NCBI RefSeq assembly: GCF_003918875.1
Contig: NW_025766736.1
Span: 1-64,000 of the forward strand
Reading direction: 5' to 3'
Source: Haliotis rubra
Lineage: Eukaryota
DNA length: 64,000 bases
Shown: one piece after another, positions 49,447-62,203 of the stretch
How positions within the stretch are numbered: position 1 is the stretch's first letter
Layout of the letters: every line of letters begins with the position of its first letter
The notes under the pieces: model-generated
Databases searched by the model: none
What the model was told of the DNA's origin: nothing
What the model saw: only the letters and a program-made list of their open reading frames with translations
Made by a program: the position numbers and the translations under genes

Positions 49447-50399
49447 TATCAATGTATCACTGAAAAGGGTAAGCATTCCAGCCCAACTTACAGCACCTGT
49501 AAGACCAGCAACGGTACGCGTCCTGAAAGCCCCAGGCTGGAATGTGGTAGGGACATGTTTCACAAGGAATCTGACTGAAAGCTACACCTACATCTCACTC
49601 CGATCACGTTTCACAGCAAACCGTTTTTACTTCGTCTCTATAGTCAGAGTGACAGCACATGGATAGAGAAGTGCCACGGCCAATAGCTTCTAAAATAGTT
49701 TATTTTCATCCCGTCAGTTGTCTTGTTTTCACAAGTGGAACGTTTCGGCTCTGTCTATCTGTTATGATAACCCAAGACGTTGCTGTGTACCTCCGAAATA
49801 TTTATTCTGACAGTCTAAACCAAAGGCGGTTATGTCATGTTGAATCTAAAATCTTTACCTCTGACAATGCGATGCCCGTATCTATGTATGTCCTTTGGAA
49901 TATTGGCTGACGTATATGAAGAGGCACATGAGGAGATAGCATGAGAGTCTTTGATCTCCCAGCAGGGTCAGTCTGGAGGGCCAGAAATAGATTCAGCAGA
50001 TGGTTATAATATTGTATGGATATTGCATCGTCGTAGGTACTCAATAGACGATGGGGTGAGTGTGTGAAGTTCAAAGAGATGGTACATTTTATTGGGAGCG
50101 AGTGGGAGTGTGGTGAGTGAAGTATTGCTGCAGCGAGATTTGTGGTGTGGCTGTTTGATGTAGCTATGGTGGGAGCTAAGTAAGTAGACTAACGCTTAGT
50201 CTCTGAATATATACAATTTTGATTGCAACAAATAAACCCATTTAAATTGAAAAGGAGCCCCAGGGTGTCCAGAGATTCTGAACCTGGGGAAATTTAGACA
50301 TGCTTCATTAATTATTGTAGGGAAGGCAAGGCTTTAGGGAAAATAATATGGTTCAGGGGCTGTGAGACAGACTATATGTTGTTTTTTATGTTTTGGGAG

Positions 50400-51292
50400 A
50401 GTGGTGTGTAAGGTTTTGCTAAAGTGGGTGTGTAGTCTGTGAAGGTTCGGTTTATTGGGAGCTCAGATCGTGATTGTTCGATATATCTGAGAATTTGGTG
50501 TGTGAGGCTTTGTTGAAGTTGGGGTGTAGTTTGTGAAGGTTTGCTATAGCGGGAGCATATGATGTGTGGCGTTTTGATGTAGTGTGAGTGTGATGTGTGA
50601 CGCTGTGTGTAAAGCTTCGACAAAGTCGGTGTGTGAAGAGGTTTCGATATTTTTAAAGCTTTATGTTTGTTTCTATATAGTCATATGGGAAGTCTTACTA
50701 CACAGCATCAATAATAGTGGGAATAAGTAAGACCTTACGACGGCGGTCTGTAAATAAACGAATCTGTTCCGACAATCCAGCGATTGACATCATGATCCCC
50801 TATCTAGGAATTGGGATACAAAGACCTGTATCAACCAAGTCAGTGACCCTGGCCACACGATCCCGTTATAGTTGCCTCTTTCATGGGTTGCTGAAAACCA
50901 ATTCCGAACCGGTTCTTCGCGGTTTGACATTGGTGTGAGAGTATGGTTGTGCAAAGGCGATGTTGTTGGTGCGTTGTTCGTAAAATCTTCACGTGGAAGG
51001 CGTGTGATCAGTGAATGTTTGTCGTACTGGAGGGAATGAGGGAATGTTTGATATGAAGGGAATGATGTACGGAATGGATGGATGTGGTTTGAGGGCATAC
51101 GTGAAGATCCTGTGCGCTTGGTGCATGAACTGTGAAGGTTAGAAAAGGGAAAGCGTGGTGTGTGAAGGCTCCTTATGATTGGAGAGTAATGTGTGAAGGC
51201 TGTGTGTACTGGATGAGAAATGTGTGAATGTTTGATATGGCGGGAGAGTGTTGTGTAGAGCTTTGCTAAAACGGGAGTGTAGTTTGTGAAGT
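50400..51292. repeat. Highly decayed ~32-bp GT-rich tandem repeat interrupted by a family B SINE remnant (~50735-50922)
   Basis: tgtgaagg-like cores recur at about 32-nt spacing (50405, 50438, 50500, 50531; 51160, 51190, 51221, 51252, 51284). Confidence 0.55.
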
Positions 51293-51299
51293 GAGTGCA

Positions 51300-51460
51300 T
51301 GATTGACTTTAGTTTTACGCCGCTTTTAGCAATATCCCAGCAATATCACGACGGGGGACACCAGACATGGGCTTCTAACGTTGTGCCTATGTGGGAAATC
51401 GAACCGGGTGTTCGGCGTGACGAGCGAACGCTTTAACCACTACGCTACAAGACTGCCCCG
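51300..51460 (-). mobile_element. SINE family A
   Basis: Reverse-complement consensus match. Confidence 0.85.
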
Positions 51461-51598
51461 TTGGAGAGAGATATGTGAAACTGCCAGACGGTTGGTGTAT
51501 GACCATTCAGTATGACCGTGATGTCCAGAGGTTGAATGTAATGAAGACTCGACATTGCTGGAACGTGATGTGTGAATGTTAAATATGGTCTAGAGGGC

Positions 51599-51767
51599 GG
51601 GGGCGGTGGGGTAGCCTAGCGGTTAAAGCGTTGGCTCGTCACGCCGAAGACCCGGGTTCGATTCCCCACATGGGTACAATGTGTGAACCCCATTTCTGGT
51701 GTTCCCCGCCGTGATATTGCTGGAATATTGCTAAAAGCGGCGTAAAACCAAATTCACTCACTCACTC
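51599..51767 (+). mobile_element. SINE family A, near-consensus, TSD tctag(a/c)gggcg
   Basis: ggggcggtggggtagcctagcggttaaagcg...gggttcgattcccc...aaaccaaattcactcactcac. Confidence 0.92.
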
Positions 51768-52140
51768 TAGCGGGCGTGTGGTGAGAAAAAGTTGGAGCTG
51801 CAATGTCCTTATTAAGTTCACTTACACTATATTGGGAATTAGGGTCCGTTGTGTTTAATATCTGAAGTGTATTTGCACTGAGTGAATGTGTGATGTGAGA
51901 AGGGTGGTACGCCAGGTGCAGGGTCACACAGACATTACCTGATGAACTGGAGTGTGGGTGTGGTGTGTGAAACTGCGAATAGATGTAGTGAGTTGGAGGT
52001 GTGTGATGATGGTAGAATGCGCAGTGAAAAAGAGGAAACAGGGGAATAACACAGTCTGCGCCAGCCAGCTGTCATCCACCGTTTGGCTGCGGATGCAGAT
52101 TCAGCGAGTACAAGGCGTCCAACAACATACCCATTACATT

Positions 52141-52493
52141 GGTGAGGTGAAATTGGGATTAACGTCGTGCTTGAGAATATTTCGCTCAAATGACGACGTG
52201 CATGCGTGTGTATGGGTATGTGCGGCTGCTTGTACTAGCCCAGACTGAAGCTGGTTTTATAGTGCTAGCCCACTGAGATACCATGCCGCAGTGAAGCATG
52301 AATACCCCACTCAGACACATTATACTGACTCCGAGCCGACCAGTCCTTGTTGTACCAATTAACGCCGAGCGCCAGGCAGGGACCAACAAGTACCATATTT
52401 TAACGTCTTTTGGTATGACGCGGTCGGGGATCGAACCCGCGACCTTCCGCTCTCCGGGCGGACGCTCTAACCACTACCCCACGGAGGCGGTCC
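52141..52493 (-). mobile_element. SINE family C: tRNA head plus V-domain-like middle (V-SINE/RUDI-like); decayed relative at ~59600-59790
   Basis: Reverse complement: accgcctccgtggggtagtggttagagcg...gggttcgatcccc...gtcataccaaaagacgttaaaatatggtacttgttggtccctgcctggcgctcggcgttaa. Confidence 0.75.
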
Positions 52494-53289
52494 GGACGGA
52501 ATATGATGGTTATGTAAGAAATTATTACCAATCAATGTATAACCATTTTACTGTATTCCTTATGGACAGTGAAATGGTAGGTATGGGTATGTGTATGTTA
52601 TCATATACTTTCAGTGATTTTTATTGTTAGATACAAGAAATTTAATCACCTGAACAGTCCTGTTATCGAGTATGCGCATGTTATATACATGCCAATAGCC
52701 TTTATATTGAAACTTATTCTTTCAGTCTGTATTTGTAGGCAGGCTATATAGTTGAAGTAGATACAACGTGAGTGCCACCACAGACAGTACCCTTGAATCG
52801 CGTGTACCCCATGCATATATGGTAGGAGTGGGTTTGAAGGTGATTGGGACGTCTGTGAAGGTTTTTGAGATGAATGCATTGAGATTCCAACTTGGCATAT
52901 GGAGTTGGTGAGAGGCACATACTGTCTTACATCAGCCTACAATGCATGGTTAGCCAATTCCATCAAAATGCTTTGGCGCATTTATTTATATAAAACAGAA
53001 AAGAAATTCTTTTGCAAACAAACATAATTCACATCCTGAAATAATACAGTGATGGCACAATATGCACCAAAACAAGATAGTGTATTGACAGTGATGTAAA
53101 ACTTATGTTCATCATCAGTTTTCAGGAAGACATGGTTGATCTGCCCACAACTGCAGTTGGCGTTTGTGTATGTAGTCGAGATCCATTAGATTCAGCATGT
53201 GTGGTGCAGGGATTACAGCTAATTAGGTGAGACAATTGAATCTAAACATGTTGTACCAGGTACTGTCATTAAGGCAAAAAGGTTGTTAG

Positions 53290-55461
53290 CTTATGTTTTC
53301 CACTACCATAGAGATGTTATGATATTTTAACTCGTTGTTTCTTCACCAAGGTCAGTGTGGTTGCATAACTTCTATCACTAAAGAGAACATCCAAACTCGC
53401 TGAACAAACTGTTGGCCAAAGAAAATAGCTGACGGCACATTACCATGACGTTACTGGTATGCACGGGATGATATCAGTCTGTTGTACACGTGTGGGAATC
53501 CATGTTACGAAGTCAGAGAGCCATGGTAGAAGCTGAATAACGTGGGTTGGTGAATGTGGATGACCTTTTGCGATATCAGTGTCATGCACGGGCGACGTGC
53601 TTGTTGGCAACTTTGTCTTGAAGCATGATGGTATATGTTTCATATCAAGGCACGTACATAGAAATGTCGCGGGTGGGTATACCTCTGATAATAGAGGTTG
53701 AGGTTGAGACTCGTAAAGAGACGACCAACCAACATGAAAGCAGTTATAGTTCTCGGGGTGACAGGGTTACCACGTAACCATATTATTGTGTTTCTCTTAC
53801 AATCAACATAATACGAGCACAAGATACAAGACTGTTCATCGTCCATGAGAACACAAAGAAAAGTCAATAAGCAGAACATATTGTTAGCCAATGTAAACAA
53901 TCCCTTCACACAACGTATATAGAGTTCCTCTCGAAATGTCATGGTTTCCATATCAGATATTGGCATCATTTTCACCATCTACGTTGGCGTTTAAGGATCT
54001 AAGCGAGTTTATGACTACAACATAAGGAGTGACTAGATCGTTTTTTAGGAGATGGGATCACTCATTTGTCTCTCACGGATTGACAGCTTTTTCTATGCAG
54101 AAATCAACGTAGTCTTTGGTGGGCGGTCTATGTCGGACATAGCATTGGGCGAAATCATCAAAGATGGACGTACACCTCTACCATTTCGAGAAAAATACGA
54201 CATCGGTATACTTCAGAATCTACTCAAATGGAATAAATTCCACAAAGCGAGTTCCTGCATCAGAAACGGCCACCCGTGTTGAACACTCATTGAATATAAG
54301 TTGCTCTGGAGCAAGACTTAGTTGTTTTGAGACAATGTATTCCGAAACTGTGGCCAGAGGCAAATGTGAATAATGCCATCTTATGTTTTCCGCTACCATA
54401 GAGATGTTATGATATTTTAACTCGTTGTTTCTTCACCAAGGTCAGTGTGGTTGCATAACTTCTATCACTAAAGAGAACATCCAAACTCGCTGAACAAACT
54501 GTTGGCCAAAGAAAATAGCTGACGGCACATCACCATGACGTTGCTGGTATGCACGGGATGATATCAGTCTGTTGTACACGTGTGGGAATCCATGTTACGA
54601 AGTCAGAGAGCCATGGTAGAAGCTGAATAACGTGGGTTGGTGAATGTGGATGACCTTTTGCGATATCAGTGTCATGCACGGGCGACGTGCTTGTTGGCAA
54701 CTTTGTCTTGAAGCATGATGGTATATGTTTCATATCAAGGCACGTACATAGAAATGTCGCGGGTGGGTATACCTCTGATAATACAGGTTGAGGTTGAGTC
54801 TCATAAAGAGACGACCAACCAACATGAAAGCAGTTATAGTTCTCGGGGTGACAGGGTTACCACGTAACCATATTATTGTGTTTCTCTTACAATCAACATA
54901 ATACGCGCACAAGAGACAAGACTGTTCATCGTCCATGAGAACACAAAGAAAAGTCAATAAGCAGAACATATTGTTAGCCAATATAAACAATCCCTTCACA
55001 CAACGTATATAGAGTTCCTCTCGAAATGTCATGGTTTCCATATCAGATATTGGCATCACTTTCACCATCTACGTTGGCGTTTAAGGATCTAAGCAAGTTT
55101 ATAACTACAACATAAGGAATGTCTAGATCGTTTTTTAGGACATGGGATCATTCATTTGTCTCTCACGGATTGACAGCTTTTTCTATGCAGAAATCAACGT
55201 AGTCTTTGGTGGGCGGTCTATGTCGGACATAGCATTGGCGAAATCATCAAAGATAGACGTAGACCTCTACCATTTCGTGAAAAATATGACATTGGTATAC
55301 TTCAGAATCTACTCAAATGGAATAAATTCCACAAAGCGACTTCCTGCATCAGAAACAGATCGGCCACCCGTGTTCAACACTCACTGAATTTAGCAAGACT
55401 TAGTTGTTTTGAGAGAATGTATTCCGAAACTGTGGCCAGAGGCAAATGTGAATGTGCCATC
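53290..55461. repeat. Two-copy 1090-bp tandem duplication (53290-54379 / 54380-~55461)
   Basis: cttatgttttcc(a/g)ctaccatagag at 53290 and 54380; the ORF track shows duplicated ORFs offset by 1090. Confidence 0.95.
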
Positions 55462-56029
55462 TCTGAAACCCTTCGAATACATTAGAGGTCACCTTCAAAG
55501 ATAAAGCATAAACATCTCCTTTCTACGGTCTGTGATATCCCGAATGTCTATACATGATATTTATATGTCTACACATTTATATTTTGATACTTTTCCGAGG
55601 TACCATTGATACAAAGATGTTGGTGCTAAAACAATACATATACGTGTTGAGCTGGTCTTGAACACCATTTCGGTTCTGAGGGTCAGATTGGCGCCAGATG
55701 TTAAACAGATATGTTTCGATAGAAAGTCAACACTGAATTCATTTGCTTAAACTGGAATCTTGTTATAGATTCTGAAGTATATAGTAAGCAATGGTGAACG
55801 TTTTTTCAATGTGTATAGTAGTGGTCACTTAGAATACAACTGAGAATACATCAATCGTTTTGAGGTGTATAAATGTTATATCTAAAGCCCTTAGGGTATT
55901 AACTAAAGCTGGTAGTAATTTATGGTAAGAAGGACATCACGAAAAGGAAAAAAAAGGTAAGAAGAAAACATTTGTGTATCCCTAATAGTGAGTAAAATAC
56001 TGCTCAACAGCGTGTATTACTCCGAGTTA

Positions 56030-56230
56030 TATTAATTCAAACAAGTCTCTACGTTGCACAGTTCTGTTAAAAAAATGTTTCAGTTTATTCTTAAATGCTA
56101 CACGTTCCTGCATTGGGCGGATGTACACAGGTATAGTATTCCACAGATATGAGGCTGCTGTCTGAGTTATCCCACTCCAAATAGTTTCGTCCTGAATGTA
56201 CAATTGGATACTTCTCCGGATAGACTGCAA
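56030..56230 (-). mobile_element. Decayed 3' end of a CR1/L2-type LINE ORF2
   Basis: AASYLWNTIPVYIR...VAFKNKLKHFF matches the LWNxLP..IR...FKxxLK C-terminal signature. Confidence 0.55.
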
Positions 56231-59200
56231 AACACTTCCACATAAAACTAATCATAAGAACTCACTTCGTACTATTCATCTATTTTTCGTTCATTTATTT
56301 GTGAGAACCCACTATTGCCGACGCTGATATTTTTTTATTTTATTTTTATTTTTATTATTGGATATTTATATAGCGCACATATTCACGCACAAGTACATGC
56401 TCAAGGCGCTGGTATATATATTTTCTACACAAAAATCGAGACAGGTGCACGTGAAGCACACCTGGAGCAATACGTAATGCGCTAAACATTCTGATGTCTT
56501 TCTGACATTTTCTGGCCAGCGGCTTAATGTAAATATTTGGATAGAAACATTCGACTTCACTCGTTTATGTATCATGCAGATCTAATGTTAGAATGAAAAC
56601 ATTCTGATACTCATGTGATACATCGAATATGAAACAAACAATCGTATATTAATCTATATGTATGGACCTCTATGAAACCCTACCCGTTGCACGAACTGAA
56701 GAATATGTATTTTCTTAAATCACATTTAGATCCAGATGTACATGTAAGTCGATGTTCCTGCCACAATGCTGTAAGCCTCCAAACCCCCAGCTACAGGTTG
56801 AAAACGATGCACAATGGAAGCTACGGAAATGCAGGTTTCTAACCTGGCAACAGTGACAGGGCGTTGTTGAATCCCTTAGTTCTGGGGCCACTGATCTTGC
56901 CCAACTCCGAAAGTAACTAATAAATAACAGGTAACGTAGCGGAGAAATACCGACAATAATTAAACACGTCAAGTACAAGATGCTGCGTGTAAGTGATGAC
57001 ATGGCAACAGGCAAGTGCAGCAACATGTCTGTAACCTTACCACACTCGAGAACAGTGACGTGCGGCATTTGCCTGTCTCAAGTCGAAGGTCTTCCTGCTC
57101 TTGAGTACAGACAAGAACGCTGACATGCATGTTTCATGTGGATGAGCTCCTCACACTGCAGCAGAGAACATCAACGTGCACGTCTGATGGAAATGAGGAT
57201 GACAACGAACTGTGTTATACATCAGTTATGTCAACGGTCTTTCCTAATCTTCTCAATGAGTCTCTCGGCTTTACCACTAGACATATATATGACCCCTGAG
57301 TACATCTAGATGTTCCGAAACACAAACATTACGACATTCTTCTGGTCTGAATAACCATCTCGGTGAGTGATCTTGGCAATTTGACACGAAAATGGTATGT
57401 GGACTGCGCTAGTCGTGATTTTATGGGACGGAACCAACTTAATATGGCTCTACGTTAAAACCGCCTTGGACTAGCATCCAGTCTCTGAAATGAACATATT
57501 TTACAGAAAAACTGTTTAAAAGAAATAATCATAAAATATACTGTAAAGGAACAAAGAGACTTTCTTCATTTTCAGAAATGAAACTGTGGAAATCTAGACT
57601 TGCCACATATTCTACACTTGCATGGTCTTTCTTGAATACATTTGTTTCAGAGACTGTGTGACAGACAAAAACGGTCCAGAAAATGGGCGGTTGGAAACAC
57701 AGTCAGAACGGCCTGATAAAAGTACCAGGTTACCAGCGGAAGTGCCAATTTCCCTCATTTAATGTCTAAAATGTTGCATTGGACAAAATGATTAGAATGG
57801 CATAAGAACGGGTCATATTCAAATACACTACACACTCTAAGTCAAATTTGAATAAACATTTCATGCGTTACCTTGTCAATAATCAAGCTGTAAAATGTGA
57901 TGCCTGTTGTATGTGGGAGGAAAGCCCGAAGTACATCTCAGACGTTCTCTTTTGGCGAGCGACCACGATAACCATGATAACCATGCGGACAAACCAAAAC
58001 ACATTATCGGGGTTCAAACCCAGGAACACAGGTTTCTGGCGTGCTCATGGGACAGCGAATTGCGTGACGCTAGGTGACTCAAACCACCAGTGCCCCAAAG
58101 AATAAAGAAAATGTCACGAGTTTCATAGTATTATTTCCTCAAAAAATTAAAATATTTTTTCCGGCTTGTTAAATAACAAATTTCAACGAAGTCACTCTGT
58201 TTGTATTGCAAATAGTATCTCTGTATTCCCCAAATTTCATTGATGAATTAAAATAGCTCTTGCATACACCCTGCAAGATAAAACCAATGATGCACCACGC
58301 TCGGGTACATGAAGATCATCAGGACACACATCTACATTCAGCCGTAAGACAATACTATCTTACTCTAATTAGAATCCCGGAGTCCAGAATGATAGGATGT
58401 AGCTATATCGATACAAATCTGTTCCTTCTACTGATGGTGAAGGTGATATATAAACCCAGTGCCCGGCAGACCAGCTCCTCACTGCGTCATCCTTACAAGT
58501 GCGGCAGACAATGCTCTTTCAGTTATCTGTTTGTAAATGTCAAAGCCTCGCCTATCTCGGAGAGCTATGTAAGCTGTTCGGGGCTGGTAGTGATATAGAG
58601 GCATCCGCGGGTAGAAGGCTAACCTATGTAGTGAAACTTAAGCATACTGTTGGAACTGGTCGTATTTACCATTTGAAAAAATAAAACAGCTAATGTCTCT
58701 ATTTGTGGATCTTTCAGCTTCTATTATAATAAAACATGAATACCTTCTTAAAGTGCAGAGTTTACCTATATATGGCACATTTGCATTTAATATTAGAGAC
58801 TAACCAAATATTCGTTTTTGCGGAAAATATTTCCAATACTACTTTTAGATTTGTACAAAGCTTTAACCGGATGTCCTGAAATTATTTAGTTTTCCTCCTT
58901 GTACACACGTAATTGGCAGTTGGTGACGTAACAATTAGTCTGCGAAACTTAAAACGTCAAAGGCGGAGAATAACCAGTCTCACTTATCCGACAATGTAGA
59001 TTCCCTTTGAAGTGAAAATTACATGAATGGTTCAGCAATGAAACCAGGTGTTCGAGAAAGGTTAAACATTTCTTCAAATGCATCTCTTATTAATGACACC
59101 AGATGTTCGTGAATAGGTTACACGTGTCCTCAGCAACATCATCATCAAATCAGGTATAACACCAGGTGTTTGGGAAGAGGGTAAGCGTGTCATCACTGCC

Positions 59201-60013
59201 CATCTGCGGACGAACAGTGGACGAATTTGTAGGTGCAAAACATACTCATTGCTCGTGAACAGTTGCTCTGACGCCCCTAAGAAGAATCATCGGAAGAACT
59301 GTTATCGCAAAAAAATTGCACATACTGTAAATACAATCAGTATAATCGGATTACAATGCAACCACACAGCTGGATTTTGGACGGCATTGTGCTTAACAAC
59401 TATATTATTAAGAAATCAACAGATGATTATAAAAAGTCCAAATATAATTGTTCATTGCCAGAACAGTGACTGTAGTATTTCAGAACGCTACTTAATGAGG
59501 TGAGGTGAAAGGTTAGACGCGTTTCTGTCCAGATTACTGAGCTTATACGGCAACTTGGGCGTATGTCCTTTTAGGTCGAGTACCAGCCCTTTCTCATATC
59601 GGTTTTGTAGTGCTCGTATATCAGCATGGATGACCCATTGCCTCCGATTAGACAAATCTTTGTCTTATCTCCTAATGCCGACCGCCAGGAACGGTAACAA
59701 AAAGTACCATGTTTAATGTCCTTCGTTTTGACGATGCTGGGGATCGACGCACAGGTCTTCTGCTCTCCAGACACATTAGACCATGAAGATGGTGTCGCCA
59801 TTGAATGAATGTTCCGAAAATTAAATGGGACCATATTTCTGAACAGTTTATTGATTTAATAATCAGGTTAGTTCAGCCTTTTGATATGATACTTATTCAG
59901 CTAGGTACAAGGTTCGTGTCTAGGTGAAATATTGCTCATCATTGAGCTAAACATCAACAAAACAAACAAAACATATAGTCCGTCTGTTCCAGGTTTAGTT
60001 ATGTGGAACTTAC

Positions 60014-60493
60014 CTTGTTGAGAACTCTCCTAATCTCCTCCACAGCGTTTGATGACTTGCGTACAGAGCTGAGGACGTACGTTGAAACTACGGCGTCGAA
60101 GGCATTATCCGCAAACTGGCTTAGGTTTTCGACATTACAACATATATAATCTTTCACATGTACTTGAGTATTTTGAGATCTAAGATTATCGTCAACAAAT
60201 TTAAAGTATTCAGCGTTGATGTCGAGACAAACGACTCTGGTTCCGTCAGGGTAGTACCGGAAGTTTGTCCCCCCTCCGGACCCCACCTCGAGGATGAGTA
60301 GGTCCCGGTTTAGGTTCTCCCTCATTTGGTGAAGGCTTGCGAATAACAGAATCTTAGTGTTCCTTAAATTGTCGTCCATTGTCTTCCACAACCTGTTGAG
60401 ATACCATGGACTTGTCTTGTATTTTTTATACCATACAAGAAATCCTATAAGAAAAAGGATCAATATGAAAATCTTGCCTGCCGCGGAAACCAT
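60014..60493 (-). CDS. METTL7: Coding exon 1 of METTL7/TMT1-like methyltransferase (N-terminal membrane anchor plus SAM-binding motif); 241 aa when joined to 38045-37800
   Basis: Hydrophobic N-terminus; ILEVGSGGGTNFRYYP; VVCLDIN; FDAVVSTYVLSSV; EIRRVLNK|gtaagt in phase 0, at the position where vertebrate METTL7A also splits. Confidence 0.9.
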
Positions 60494-61241
60494 GTTGTCT
60501 GGATCGTTTAATCCAAAGTCAATGTCGGTTCCTTGTGGATATTACCTTTAGCTGCGGGTGACGGGAAATATGAACGAAAAACAACACTCCCACCAGTGAA
60601 CGAAGGGATCCGTATCTTCGGTTACTCCCTTCAGAAACCCTGGATGTGAGACCTCTGTTGCCAGGTGCGTGTCGATCTCGCTCACCAAGAAGCAGCGAGA
60701 CTTGCTCCGAGAAAAGCACACACACGTGCACTCTGGGTTCTTCGTCCGAAGGAAAATATATATCCCCAGCTAGCCAACGTTCTGTGGCCTTATCGAAATC
60801 GGAGAAATTTGATCGGCACCTTTACCCCGTCACTACTGCTGTTCCGGGCGCGCGTGTACGGGTCTTGTGTTGTGCTGAGAAAGGCCAACTGATTCCTTCC
60901 ACGTTCGCTTCCCTCCCTTTGATATACCGATATCACTCACAGCTGACGGTGGTTAGCGCTATGATGCGTTAGCGATGTCATGTTTTGTATTAGGTGAGTT
61001 GCAGCGAAGAATTGAACAGTGTTCCATGTATCAGATTATAGTGGAGTACGCCACATAATGGAGATGAGGCACTTTATCATTTAGCCCTGCCGAAGTATTT
61101 TGGCTGCGTTCCGCCATCCCGTTCCAATTTCCTGAGAGTTGTCGACAACGCCCGTTGTTTGATGATGAGTTAGACGTGGGTACAGTTGGACATTACAGTG
61201 GATGGCAAGGAACTCCGTGCATTCAGTCGTAGAGCGTTCAT

Positions 61242-61468
61242 AGTTTGGTTTGGGTGTTGTTTTACGCCGCACTCAGCACTATTCAGCTATATGGTGACGG
61301 TCTGTTAATAATCGAGTCTGGACCAGACAACCCAGTGATCAACAGCATGAGCATCGATCTACGCAATTGGGATACGCTGACATGTGTCAACCAGGTCAAC
61401 GAGCCTGATCACTTCTTATGACAAGCATGGTAGGCTGAAGACCAATTCTAACCCGGAACCTCACGGGT
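61242..61468 (-). mobile_element. SINE family B (further remnants at 1-34, ~10075-10150, 14090-14181, ~62305-62475)
   Basis: Reverse-complement consensus ending ttctaacccggaacctcacgggt. Confidence 0.85.
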
Positions 61469-61694
61469 TAGCGTGTATAGAATGGATCACTGTACAAAAT
61501 GCTTGTACAGCAATGATTGTAGGTAATATTATAATCGGAACTGTGTAGAAGGAGACAAGCTTCTGGCACACATGTTCCATGCATGTATCAATCAAACTGG
61601 AATCTGTGGCAAGCTGACATATGTTCCACATGGCCAAAAAAGCCATTCTGTTTCTTCTTGCATTAAACCAAAATCATGAAAGTATATACAAAAT

Positions 61695-62203
61695 TAGGGG
61701 TGGGTATTGCAGTGAATTTTCATATTGCGATATATTGCGATGCGAAAGCATATATTGTGATATGTATTGCAATACATTGCAAGATTTGTTTTTAAACAAA
61801 AAAACTACTTATACTCGAGTTGAAACAAGGAAAAGAACAATTTAACATCAACACAGAGGTTACTAGTTTGAACTAGTTTCTCCACTCTCAAAAAAGCCCT
61901 GAGATTTTAGACAGCAACTTGACCTGGTCAGGCAGAGATCACTGGACATTAGTGAGTAAATATTGAAAACATTCAGATCCAAAACATTGCGAAACACTTG
62001 AACAAAAATTTAGAAGACAACTTCAAACCGAACTTAACTTGACTTCCGGTGTGAAAAACGGAAATATCCGAACATTTCCGAGTGTTACGAAGTTTTCCGA
62101 ATATATGTCGAAATACCGGTTTTCGATCAGCGTATCGCAATACGTATCGATTTCATGTCTGAACCGGTAAATACCGGTAAACCGGTTATATTGCGCAGCC
62201 CTA
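61695..62203. mobile_element. Non-autonomous hAT-like element
   Basis: TAGGG...CCCTA termini; subterminal attgcgat and accggt repeats; imperfect 8-bp flanks tacaaaat/tattaaat. Confidence 0.5.

Noticed and set aside
51599-51670. tRNA genes at the family A and C heads
   Set aside because: A and B boxes are present, but they run into SINE bodies with tails and TSDs and occur as many diverged copies
57848-58105. PHD-finger-like ORF (AVKCDACCMW)
   Set aside because: Only a fragment of the motif; the remaining Cys/His residues are absent
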